From IMG/VR virus record IMGVR_UViG_3300031673_000001: a stretch of 64,000 bases of DNA; one strand, 5' to 3'. This document shows positions 47,286 through 56,023 of the stretch, one piece after another. Origin of the DNA: a virus (lineage: Duplodnaviria; Caudoviricetes). Below the pieces are notes generated by a model. The model did not search any database. It saw nothing but the letters and a program-made list of their open reading frames with translations, and was not told where the DNA came from. Both the position numbers and the translations under genes were made by a program. Each line of letters starts with the position of its first letter. Positions within the stretch are counted from its first letter, which is position 1.

Positions 47286-50200
47286 ATTTCAATTACTAAC
47301 ACAATATACAAGAGTAGTAGATGGAGTTCGTTTCTTAAAAGAAAAAGATAAACCATTTGCATTATTTTATTTCTCCGAGAATTCAACTCTATATAATGAC
47401 TATCCAAAGATGAATCTAATGAGAATAGATTCTAAATATGTAGTCGTTCCGATAACAAAAATTCCTGTTTCACGATTAACAGGAGATCAAAGAAAGATTT
47501 ATAAATCATTTGGTTTAATTCCATTTCAATCAAATCAAGCATATCCTCCAAACTCAAATATTATATTTGATACAAGTCAGTATGTTTCATTAATAGATCA
47601 AACATATAAACCAACAACATATAGACAAAGAGCAGGATTTCTTCTTAATAACTTTTTTTACAAATCATTCAATTCCCTTCCTAATAATTATCAAAAGGTT
47701 CTAATTTACACTGTTGATATTAATAAACCAATAAATTCGTTTATAAATAGAAAAATATTTCCTATATTAAGAAACATGAAAGAAAATGAAATTTCATTTG
47801 ATCATATGCTTTTAGGATTGGTCGGTGAGACATCAACTAGATATAGACTATTAGTTAAAGATAGAAACTATAAATTTGCAAGAGTTACTCAATATATAAG
47901 AAAAATTAAAATGGTTGATTCAGATGAAGAGAAAGAACAAGATGTTGAATCAGCAACCAACTCATTTGATGAGAAAGATTCTAAAATTAAAACAGCAATT
48001 CAAAACTATCTAAATAAGAATGATAAAGATCTTGAGAAAGTTTCTAATGATGAACTTGATAAAACAGAAAAAGATAGATTGACAATAGCTTCTATCTTAT
48101 ATAAAGTTACAGGAAACTATTCAAAATCTCAAAGACTTGCAAAATCTATACCTGACTCAAACATCAAAACTGCAGTTCAAAAGATAAGTAATTTATATAG
48201 AGATGATTTATTAACAGGTGAAAAAGCTGTTAGTCTTAGTGAGTCGTATATTATTCAAGGAATGAATGTTGGTAAAGCAGTCCAAAATAAAACACCAGAG
48301 CATATATTTGATAAAAGAAGAATCGACTTTGAAACAAATTTGAAAAAAGATATGTCCAGTGCTTTTAAAGTTTTACAAAAAGGAAATGTTCCTATTAAAT
48401 TCAATTCAATTAAGGTTACTAGTAAAATATCAAGACCTGGAGAACTTAAAAAATCAGACGTTGCAATTGTATCTATAAGCGTAACAGATGCTGCAGGAAA
48501 TGAGCAAATAATTGAATTTGAAATTCCTGAGATTGATCCTAACTCTGGAACTTTTAGAGTAAATGGTCAACGTAAATGTTTAATAAATCAAATAGTGTTG
48601 ACCCCTATTAGCTTTCCTAAACCTTATGATTCTAAATTTGAGAGTTCATATTCAAAATTCCATATCTATAGTAGGAAGACCAAGAGATTGTCGTATCTAG
48701 AAGCATACATGGGTTCATTCCGCCTCCCATTGATGATCTTGTTATCATATAGTTTTGGATTTGAAGAAACAGTCAAAAGAGTAGGAATAAAATATAAAAT
48801 TGTTCAAGATAGACCTGAAAAAGATGTAGTTTTTACACAGGTTCCGTCCTCATATATGATATTTGAAGGTTTAGATACTGATTTAAAACGAGAAATGGTA
48901 ACATCATTTACTCATAGTAACATCAGTCAATATAAAAATGATAAAGAATTTTTATCAAAAGATTATTTCATAGATTTAATTATTCAAATGACTGGAAGGG
49001 TTGACTCAACATATTTGATAAATAATAATATTGAATACATTGTTGATCCAGTTTCAAAACAAGTTTTAATCAATCAATTATTACCATATAAACTAGAAGA
49101 TATTATGCACTATATGGCATCTAAAGCTGTTGAAGGTTATGTTCAAGAAAGAAATGATATTCAATATCAAAGAATTAGAAATTCAGAAATTCTAGTTCAT
49201 TTAGCACAAAAACAATTTCTTAAATCATATACTGAATATAAAGAACAATATCTATCAGGAAATAAAGATGCAAAATTTAATTTTCCACCTGGTTCTATAT
49301 TAGGTCAATTTACTAATTTAGAGATTGTTCAAAATATGGAATATGCAAATCCAGTTGAAGAAATGGCAACCATTACAAAAATTTCTCCAGTTGGAAAAAC
49401 TGTTGGTGGAGTTCCTGATAAGGAGGGATTAAATCTTGAAGCTCGAAATGTTCATAGATCATATTTTGGAAATATTGATCCAGTTGATACAGCAGAGGGT
49501 GGTAATATTGGTATAACCCAACAACTAACAGTTGATGCATATTTAACATCTTCAAGAGGACTTTTTGGAATTAAAGATTTAAAAAATGATGAAGGATCTG
49601 GAATACTATCAACGACTCTTTCAATGGTTCCATTTATTGAAAACAATGAAGGTGCCAGACTTATCATGGCAGGAAATCAAGGAAAACAAATGCTGCCCTT
49701 GAAAAATCCTGAACCTCCTATTGTTCAAACTGGATATGAGTCATTACTTTCCAATGTTCTATCTGATAGCTTTATTAAGAGATCTCCATGTGCTGGAAAA
49801 GTATCAAGTATTACAAATGACTTTATTGAAATAAGTTGTAAAGAAAATTCTAAAAAGAAAGTTGATATTACACCAGGTCAACTAAAATCTGGATCTGGAA
49901 AAAATACATTGAGCACATTTAGACCAACTGTGACTGTTGGTCAATCTGTTAAAGATAAGCAAGTAATTGCAGAAGGAGCTTGTATATCTGGAGGAACTAT
50001 ATCATTAGGAAGAAATCTTGCAACATGCTATATGCCATATGAAGGATATAATTTTGAAGATGGTCTTGTAATAAATGAAAGATTAGCAAATGATGATAAA
50101 TTAACTTCCTTACATGGAGTTGATATTGAAGTAAAAATTGATCATAAAGATAGAATTTTACATATTATAGAAATGGGAGCTTATACTAAAAAAGGTGAAC

Positions 50201-51342
50201 CTTTATTAATAAAAACAGCAGGAGATATTGAAGAACTACTGGGTTATCAAGAACAGGAAGAAGAAGGAGTTGATGTATATGAAGGTCAAATTGTTATAAA
50301 AAGTCCAGGAGGACAAGTTGTTGATATTGAAGTATTCTCTAATCTTGATATAGATGATTTTCCTTCTATTAAAAAGTTAGTTAAAAGAACTAACTTAAGA
50401 CATAAAAAACCTGATAAAGATAAATATACAGATAGATCAATTTCAATTAAAGGAATATTAATTGTATTTAAAGTTGAACAAGAATTGAAAATTAGAGTGG
50501 GTGATAAACTCTGTAACAGATATGGAAATAAAGGAATTATTTCATTAATTGAAAAAGATAATTTAATGCCAAGAACACCTTGGGGTGAAACAGTTGATAT
50601 AATTATGAATCCTCTTGGAGTTACAGGTCGAATGAATATGGGGCAAATATACGAATTATACTGTGGTCTTATTTCTAAAGAAGTAGCAAAGAGAATGATA
50701 AAGTTGACCAGACCACAAGGAATTGCATTGATGAAATCTGTAATAACAAAACTTGATAATACAAAAGATAAGAAAATTAGCACATCATTAATTGCTTCCT
50801 TAACTAAAATGAGTGATGGAAAATATAAAGAAATGTTAAGTCAAGTTGAAAAGAATAAATTTATACCAATAGTTATTCCTCCATTTCAATCTCCTAATCA
50901 CAAAAGTATAGCGGAAGTATTAAAATTATTAAAACTAAAAACAGGATATAAATTAAAACTTCCAAAGTATAATACATTGACGCAAAATGAAGTTCCTTTT
51001 GGTTATGAATATGTTTCTAAATTAGAACATCTCGCAGATGCTAAATTACATGCAAGATCAACAGGACCAACAGCAGGAAAAGGAGGACAACCAACTGCTG
51101 GAAAAAGAAAAGAGGGTGGTCAAAAAATGGGTGAAGGTGATACATGGGCGTTAGCTTCTTATAATTGTCCAACAGTATTATCTGAATTTTTTGGTCCTAT
51201 GTCTGATGATTTTGCATCTAAAAATGAAATGTTATCAGAAATTATACAAACTGGAACAACAGATTTTAAGCAAACAAAAATGTCTCCAACTAGAGATCTA
51301 TTAAGTGCATATTTTATTTCATTGATGTTAGGAGGTCAATAA
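47278..51342 (+). CDS. rpoB: DNA-directed RNA polymerase beta subunit with long N-terminal extension
   Basis: FRVNGQRK, DTAEGGNIG, QGKQMLPL, YNFEDG, GDKLCNRYGNKG, MNPLGVTGRMNMGQ, KLEHL...HARS, GGQKMGEGD. Confidence 0.95.
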   Translation: MIKFQLLTQYTRVVDGVRFLKEKDKPFALFYFSENSTLYNDYPKMNLMRIDSKYVVVPITKIPVSRLTGDQRKIYKSFGLIPFQSNQAYPPNSNIIFDTSQYVSLIDQTYKPTTYRQRAGFLLNNFFYKSFNSLPNNYQKVLIYTVDINKPINSFINRKIFPILRNMKENEISFDHMLLGLVGETSTRYRLLVKDRNYKFARVTQYIRKIKMVDSDEEKEQDVESATNSFDEKDSKIKTAIQNYLNKNDKDLEKVSNDELDKTEKDRLTIASILYKVTGNYSKSQRLAKSIPDSNIKTAVQKISNLYRDDLLTGEKAVSLSESYIIQGMNVGKAVQNKTPEHIFDKRRIDFETNLKKDMSSAFKVLQKGNVPIKFNSIKVTSKISRPGELKKSDVAIVSISVTDAAGNEQIIEFEIPEIDPNSGTFRVNGQRKCLINQIVLTPISFPKPYDSKFESSYSKFHIYSRKTKRLSYLEAYMGSFRLPLMILLSYSFGFEETVKRVGIKYKIVQDRPEKDVVFTQVPSSYMIFEGLDTDLKREMVTSFTHSNISQYKNDKEFLSKDYFIDLIIQMTGRVDSTYLINNNIEYIVDPVSKQVLINQLLPYKLEDIMHYMASKAVEGYVQERNDIQYQRIRNSEILVHLAQKQFLKSYTEYKEQYLSGNKDAKFNFPPGSILGQFTNLEIVQNMEYANPVEEMATITKISPVGKTVGGVPDKEGLNLEARNVHRSYFGNIDPVDTAEGGNIGITQQLTVDAYLTSSRGLFGIKDLKNDEGSGILSTTLSMVPFIENNEGARLIMAGNQGKQMLPLKNPEPPIVQTGYESLLSNVLSDSFIKRSPCAGKVSSITNDFIEISCKENSKKKVDITPGQLKSGSGKNTLSTFRPTVTVGQSVKDKQVIAEGACISGGTISLGRNLATCYMPYEGYNFEDGLVINERLANDDKLTSLHGVDIEVKIDHKDRILHIIEMGAYTKKGEPLLIKTAGDIEELLGYQEQEEEGVDVYEGQIVIKSPGGQVVDIEVFSNLDIDDFPSIKKLVKRTNLRHKKPDKDKYTDRSISIKGILIVFKVEQELKIRVGDKLCNRYGNKGIISLIEKDNLMPRTPWGETVDIIMNPLGVTGRMNMGQIYELYCGLISKEVAKRMIKLTRPQGIALMKSVITKLDNTKDKKISTSLIASLTKMSDGKYKEMLSQVEKNKFIPIVIPPFQSPNHKSIAEVLKLLKLKTGYKLKLPKYNTLTQNEVPFGYEYVSKLEHLADAKLHARSTGPTAGKGGQPTAGKRKEGGQKMGEGDTWALASYNCPTVLSEFFGPMSDDFASKNEMLSEIIQTGTTDFKQTKMSPTRDLLSAYFISLMLGGQ

Positions 51343-52205
51343 TGAACTTATGTGAATATGGTTGTGGACAAGAAGCAAAATATAAAACATCTAATAACAG
51401 ACAATGTTGCAGTCCTAAATTTAATTCTTGTCCAGGAATAAGAAAAAGAAATTCAGAAACAAATAAAATAAAACAGTCAGGAAAAAATAATCCAATGTAT
51501 GGAAGAGAACAAACTATAGAATCTAAACTAAAAAATAGTGAGTCAAATAAAAAAGTTTGGAAAGATAAATCATCAACTTTTAATAATCCTCAATATAGAA
51601 AGAAATTAAAAAAAGCTTTGATAGAAGCATCCAAAAAAAGAAAAAGAACTATTAAAATGCTAAAAGAAAAATATACGCTATTTTCAAAAATTGAAGAAAT
51701 GAGATATAATCCAGATAAACCAAAAGAAAAAGAAATTCAAGTTCATTGTAAAAATCATAATTGTTCAAATTCAAAAGAACAGGGAGGTTGGTTTACACCA
51801 ACAAATATTCAACTATATGAAAGAATAAGAAATGTAGAACACCACGGATTAGATAACTCTTATTACTATTGTTCTCAAAAATGTAAAAATGAATGTCCAT
51901 TATTTAATTTACATTCTGATCCATTTAAAAATAATGAAATACCATATACATCACAAGAGTATCAAACTTTTAGAAATTTCGTTCTTGAAAGAGATGATTA
52001 TAAATGTCAGTATTGTGAAGATTTAGCAACAGATGTTCACCACGAAAGATCACAAAAATTAGAACCATTTTTTGCGCTTGATCCTAATTTAGCTTGGAGT
52101 TGTTGTGAGAAATGTCATTATACAAAAGGTCATAAAGATGAATGTTCAACTGGAGCTTTAGCTAATAGAATTTGTACAGATGGAGTCAATAATGAATGCT
52201 CCTAA
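51342..52205 (+). CDS. Free-standing HNH homing endonuclease
   Basis: CEYGCG, NPMYGR (NUMOD3-like), ERDDYKCQYC...VHHE...CCEKCH. Confidence 0.8.
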   Translation: MNLCEYGCGQEAKYKTSNNRQCCSPKFNSCPGIRKRNSETNKIKQSGKNNPMYGREQTIESKLKNSESNKKVWKDKSSTFNNPQYRKKLKKALIEASKKRKRTIKMLKEKYTLFSKIEEMRYNPDKPKEKEIQVHCKNHNCSNSKEQGGWFTPTNIQLYERIRNVEHHGLDNSYYYCSQKCKNECPLFNLHSDPFKNNEIPYTSQEYQTFRNFVLERDDYKCQYCEDLATDVHHERSQKLEPFFALDPNLAWSCCEKCHYTKGHKDECSTGALANRICTDGVNNECS

Positions 52206-52707
52206 CTACAAACAAATTGACTTATTAAGAAAAGCAGGTTTAAGACCTGAGGTTGTTGCTTATATTATTAGAGATGGAGAATTTCTATTAACATATTCCA
52301 AAGAACATGATCTCTGGTTTGTTCCTCAAGGTGGAATTGATAATAAAGAAACACCTGAAAAAGCATTATATAGAGAGCTTGGAGAGGAACTAGGAATAAA
52401 ATTACAAAAAAGTTTATATGGAAAACCTGAGTTAATACATTTAGATAAAATAATGTTTACAAGTGGAATTGGAAGCAGAGACTTAAGAACTGACTCTGGA
52501 GAGTCTGTAGTTATGAAAGGTAAATACTATTTACATTATGTAGTTCAATCTACTATTCAAGAAATAGATGTTAGAGATACCGAGTTTGATAAATTAATTT
52601 GGGTAGGAAAAGAGAAACTATATATTGTTCCAAAAATTATAAATGTATCCACAAAGAAAAATCAATTTATAAATGTAATGCCTAAATTGGAAAAATATCT
52701 AACATAG
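52180..52707 (+). CDS. NUDIX hydrolase
   Basis: Nudix box PQGGIDNKETPEKALYRELGEELG. Confidence 0.88.
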   Translation: MESIMNAPNYKQIDLLRKAGLRPEVVAYIIRDGEFLLTYSKEHDLWFVPQGGIDNKETPEKALYRELGEELGIKLQKSLYGKPELIHLDKIMFTSGIGSRDLRTDSGESVVMKGKYYLHYVVQSTIQEIDVRDTEFDKLIWVGKEKLYIVPKIINVSTKKNQFINVMPKLEKYLT

Positions 52708-52717
52708 GAGGTCAATA

Positions 52718-53311
52718 ATGAGCGGTTTAGAAGCTTTATGTGGCGATTCAATCATTCCACCTGAAATGGATAACTATGAAGAAGATGTTGATAAATACAA
52801 TGATGTTGCTAGTTTTAGATATTCCGCTCTTGATATAATAAACTCTGTTGGATTAGAAAATTTTAAAGAACTATATATGGTTCAAATTGATGTTGTTAAA
52901 AATGAAACTCTACATGCACAAAGAACATTTCTTATTGAAATGCAACAAAAGATAAGCGAAATATATGACTGGGAATTTTCTGATGAGTGGGGATTAGTTG
53001 ATACTACATATCAACAAGAACAATTATATAAATTTATAGAATTTCTTGAATTTGATAACTATTTATTTCTATCTTATGTTTGGAAATTTTTACTTGATGA
53101 TCCTTTAAAACTTATGAAGCTTAATATTAAAGAATTCTGTAAATTAAATGAAATGAGGATTATTAAAGAAACAGAAGAACAATTAGAAATACATTCTCAA
53201 AATCAATTAGTTAATATATTTTTAAAAACTTTTTATAAAGAGAAGTATATTGAATGGTTTATAAAGAATACAAGCAAAAATAAAACCGTTATTATTACTG
53301 AAATTATGTAG
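52718..53311 (+). CDS. Hypothetical protein
   Basis: 197-aa ORF with GGAGG RBS. Confidence 0.6.
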   Translation: MSGLEALCGDSIIPPEMDNYEEDVDKYNDVASFRYSALDIINSVGLENFKELYMVQIDVVKNETLHAQRTFLIEMQQKISEIYDWEFSDEWGLVDTTYQQEQLYKFIEFLEFDNYLFLSYVWKFLLDDPLKLMKLNIKEFCKLNEMRIIKETEEQLEIHSQNQLVNIFLKTFYKEKYIEWFIKNTSKNKTVIITEIM

Positions 53312-53403
53312 TAAAATTTAAGTTTCTAACTGACTAAAATTTTTAGTTGATTTAAAATTTTTTTAGAACAAAAAAATAAACTGAATTGTGAGAGGAGAGA
53401 AGA

Positions 53404-53661
53404 ATGGCAGAACCTATAATTAAAATTACGAAAGGTAATGTTGTTATAACAGGACCTAAATCTGAATTAGTTGAAGTATCCGAAACCCATGATGGTATAG
53501 CATTTAACTTCAAACGTGGTTTACAGGTGTATCAAGTTGAACAGTTCATGCCGACTCATATAAAACAACTTATCAAAAATACAACTGACTCATTTGAAGG
53601 AAATAATATTATTATAGATTTGGATAATGCTAGAAAACCTGTTATGGTTGATGCTACCTAA
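53404..53661 (+). CDS. Hypothetical protein
   Basis: 85-aa ORF with AGGAG RBS. Confidence 0.6.
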   Translation: MAEPIIKITKGNVVITGPKSELVEVSETHDGIAFNFKRGLQVYQVEQFMPTHIKQLIKNTTDSFEGNNIIIDLDNARKPVMVDAT

Positions 53662-53680
53662 TTCATTTTAAAGAAAATGT

Positions 53681-53694
53681 CTATATATATTAAT
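53681..53694 (+). promoter_or_regulatory. CTATATATATTAAT promoter-like motif, copy 4
   Basis: Exact copy upstream of RNA unit 1. Confidence 0.65.
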
Positions 53695-53730
53695 AAGTGA
53701 TAATATATGATTTGACTTATTTTTTTCAAT

Positions 53731-53829
53731 TTCTGGGAGGACTTGATATAATTTCAGAACTGTGTAATTACAGTGCCATTAAGGGGATTAAATTCCCTGA
53801 CATTAAATTACATCTTCTGCTTCCCAGAA
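53731..53829 (+). ncRNA. Array RNA unit 1 (type A)
   Basis: Terminal stem TTCTGGGAGG/CTTCCCAGAA, core ACTTGATATAATTTCAGAAC, and internal hairpins CTGTGTAATTACAG and GGGGATTAAATTCCCT. Confidence 0.65.
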
Positions 53830-53848
53830 AACATTTAAGAAAAAACAT

Positions 53849-53862
53849 CTATATATATTAAT
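53849..53862 (+). promoter_or_regulatory. CTATATATATTAAT promoter-like motif, copy 5
   Basis: Exact copy upstream of RNA unit 2. TTTGACTT follows, as in copy 4. Confidence 0.65.
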
Positions 53863-53895
53863 AGGTGTAATAAAAATTTGACTTGTATTTTTAGT

Positions 53896-54004
53896 TTCCA
53901 AGAAGACTTTATGTAATTTCAGAGCTGATTGGTTCAGCATCTTACTTGAAATGAGACGTGAGGGTTCGATTCCCTATTTTAGTTACATCTATTACTTCTT
54001 GGAA
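53896..54004 (+). ncRNA. Array RNA unit 2 (type A) with tRNA-like D, anticodon and T arms
   Basis: Stems TTCCAAGAAG/CTTCTTGGAA and ATGTAA/TTACAT. Arms GCTG-ATTGGTT-CAGC, TCTTA-CTTGAAA-TGAGA and AGGG-TTCGATT-CCCT. Confidence 0.75.
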
Positions 54005-54015
54005 TCATTTTTATT

Positions 54016-54086
54016 TGGGGACAATAAAGAGAATTAACTTAATACAAGCGTTGGCCCGCCCGGATTAAATTAGTTCTCTGTCCCCA
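54016..54086 (+). ncRNA. Array RNA unit 3 (type B)
   Basis: TGGGGACA/TGTCCCCA and GAGAATTA/TAGTTCTC stems around a GC-rich loop. Confidence 0.55.
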
Positions 54087-54094
54087 CCAATTTT

Positions 54095-54177
54095 AGATGA
54101 GAAGACTTTATGTAGTTTCAGAAAAAATACAATTGGCGTATTCACTATCTACATATTTTTAATAATACTTCTCATCT
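54095..54177 (+). ncRNA. Array RNA unit 4 (type A)
   Basis: AGATGAGAAG/CTTCTCATCT and ATGTAG/CTACAT stems. Core ACTTTATGTAGTTTCAGA. Confidence 0.65.
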
Positions 54178-54184
54178 TTACTTT

Positions 54185-54248
54185 TTCAAAAGACTTTATG
54201 TAATTTCAGAACCGATTGAGTTAATGACTTACATATGCTTCTTTTGAA
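54185..54248 (+). ncRNA. Array RNA unit 5 (type A)
   Basis: TTCAAAAG/CTTTTGAA and ATGTAA/TTACAT stems. Shares 21 identical nt (AAGACTTTATGTAATTTCAGA) with unit 2. Confidence 0.65.
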
Positions 54249-54254
54249 TACATC

Positions 54255-54330
54255 TTGTGAGGACACTGGGTATAACAATTTCAATATCATTCGGGGATCA
54301 TTGTTAATTATACTGATATTGTCCTCACAA
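54255..54330 (+). ncRNA. Array RNA unit 6 (type B)
   Basis: 11-bp TTGTGAGGACA/TGTCCTCACAA plus GTATAA/TTATAC and AACAAT/ATTGTT stems. Confidence 0.55.
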
Positions 54331-54335
54331 TCTTT

Positions 54336-54394
54336 AATGGACTGAGTGTGATTTCAGAACTCGCAGAGAAGTTTCAATTACACTCAACTCCATT
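54336..54394 (+). ncRNA. Array RNA unit 7 (type A)
   Basis: AATGGA/TCCATT and GAGTGTGATT/AATTACACTC stems, followed by TCAGAAC. Confidence 0.6.
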
Positions 54395-54490
54395 TTTTTG
54401 AAAGGAAAGTAATGAAATTCCTTAAACCAAAAATATTAGATATCATTGCTTTACGTTGGTTGTTAAAAACTAAAATAAAGGAGAAGCTAA

Positions 54491-56014
54491 ATGCCAATAG
54501 GGGAACTGGGAATCATTGATTCGGGAATTTTACAATTCGCCCCGAAGGGAGCTTATTATGAAGAAAAGGATGAACAATATCAAGCAGTTAAAAACATGTG
54601 GATGCAATTATTAGATTACGACAGAACCTTATTCTCTTTAGTAATGTTATTAAATGGCACTGGTTTCTCTAAAGGAGCTATGAGTCACATCCTATTATCA
54701 AATAGTATAAAGAATGTGAATAATCTACCAGCAATTACAGATGGATTACCAGAAGAATTTGAAAAGGAGATTATTAGATATAATCTCTATAAAGAGAGAA
54801 CACCAAGAGCATTGAAAAATCTATTAATGTTGGCAGGGGAAGAAGGACATAAAAAAATAAATAATTCAAAAACCAGAAAAATTATTTTGGAGTTCATCTT
54901 CAATCGAGATAATAAAAGTCTTGATTATCTTGCTGTAAATTATAAGATTAAACTTCAAAAACTAATTAAACATGCTCTTGGAAAGCAAGATCTCTATAAA
55001 ATTTTAAATGGAAGCAATAGTGATACTATATTTAGAAAAAATATTGGCAGATACAATAATCATTCTTTTCCAGTTGTATGCCATATATTCAATAAACCTA
55101 TTCCTTCCGGAACTTTCTTTCCAATGATTCAAAAGTATTATGAACTCAAAGATGCAGCAAAAATTGGAAATCTTGTTGAATTTAGAAAGCATATGAAAGG
55201 TTTTCCAGAAAGAACCGTTATGGGAATGAGAAATTTATATAAACTTGATATTCCCATATCTGATATAAAGAATGATACCCAGAAATCAGAGAAAGATAAA
55301 ATTCAAGGAATAGCAGCAGCAAAACGAGCTGGTGCAAAGAAAGTAGATATTAATTATAAAAAACAAGATATCTATGATCTATTCAAGCTTCTATATTTTA
55401 AACTCAACACTAAAGATGAAGAGGATGTTGATAAAATAATAGAAGCAATGGATTATGTTACAGATAATATGATCAAACTTGATATTGGAGAGTGTATAGT
55501 TATTATGGATGCCTCTCATTCAATGTTTGGAAGTGAAGAAAGACCAATGCATCCATTTTTAACTGGACTGTGCATTATTGCAAACCTCGACAATGTAAAA
55601 GATATAATATATGTTGGAGGACAAGCAATTAAATTTTCAACAATTAATCCAGGAGTTATAATACCAAAGAATTATACAGATCTCTGGAGAGCATTAATTA
55701 AAGCAGTCTCAAAAGGTGTTGAAAATATAGTTATTATTTCTGATGGTTATGAAAATTCTATTAAAGGGATGTTCGGGCACGTATATAAGCATTTGAAGGA
55801 GACAGGATATAATTTTAAATTAACACATCTCAATCCTGTATTTTCAGCTGGATCCTTAACAGGAACCTCAATAAGATTAACAGAGGATGTTAGACCATTT
55901 CCAGTTGGAGATTATAAGTTTCTTGAAACTGAAATAATCTTTTCTAAACTTATCGAAGATAAAGATATGGTTAGAAAATTATTAATATCAAAATATAAAA
56001 GTCTGATTCAATGA
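54491..56014 (+). CDS. TROVE/Ro60-like protein with C-terminal vWA domain
   Basis: Helical N-terminal region. The vWA MIDAS motifs IVIMDASHSMFG and VIISDGYEN are clear; the TROVE relationship is inferred from architecture and context. Confidence 0.55.
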   Translation: MPIGELGIIDSGILQFAPKGAYYEEKDEQYQAVKNMWMQLLDYDRTLFSLVMLLNGTGFSKGAMSHILLSNSIKNVNNLPAITDGLPEEFEKEIIRYNLYKERTPRALKNLLMLAGEEGHKKINNSKTRKIILEFIFNRDNKSLDYLAVNYKIKLQKLIKHALGKQDLYKILNGSNSDTIFRKNIGRYNNHSFPVVCHIFNKPIPSGTFFPMIQKYYELKDAAKIGNLVEFRKHMKGFPERTVMGMRNLYKLDIPISDIKNDTQKSEKDKIQGIAAAKRAGAKKVDINYKKQDIYDLFKLLYFKLNTKDEEDVDKIIEAMDYVTDNMIKLDIGECIVIMDASHSMFGSEERPMHPFLTGLCIIANLDNVKDIIYVGGQAIKFSTINPGVIIPKNYTDLWRALIKAVSKGVENIVIISDGYENSIKGMFGHVYKHLKETGYNFKLTHLNPVFSAGSLTGTSIRLTEDVRPFPVGDYKFLETEIIFSKLIEDKDMVRKLLISKYKSLIQ

Positions 56015-56023
56015 GGAGAACTT

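Noticed and set aside
53915-53985. Canonical tRNA-Ser(UGA)
   Set aside because: No 7-bp acceptor stem, no CCA and no long variable arm. Reported as a tRNA mimic instead.
53731-54394. CRISPR array
   Set aside because: The repeats are split into 5' and 3' halves that pair around each insert, vary in sequence with compensatory changes, and are irregularly spaced. No cas1, cas2 or effector gene is nearby.
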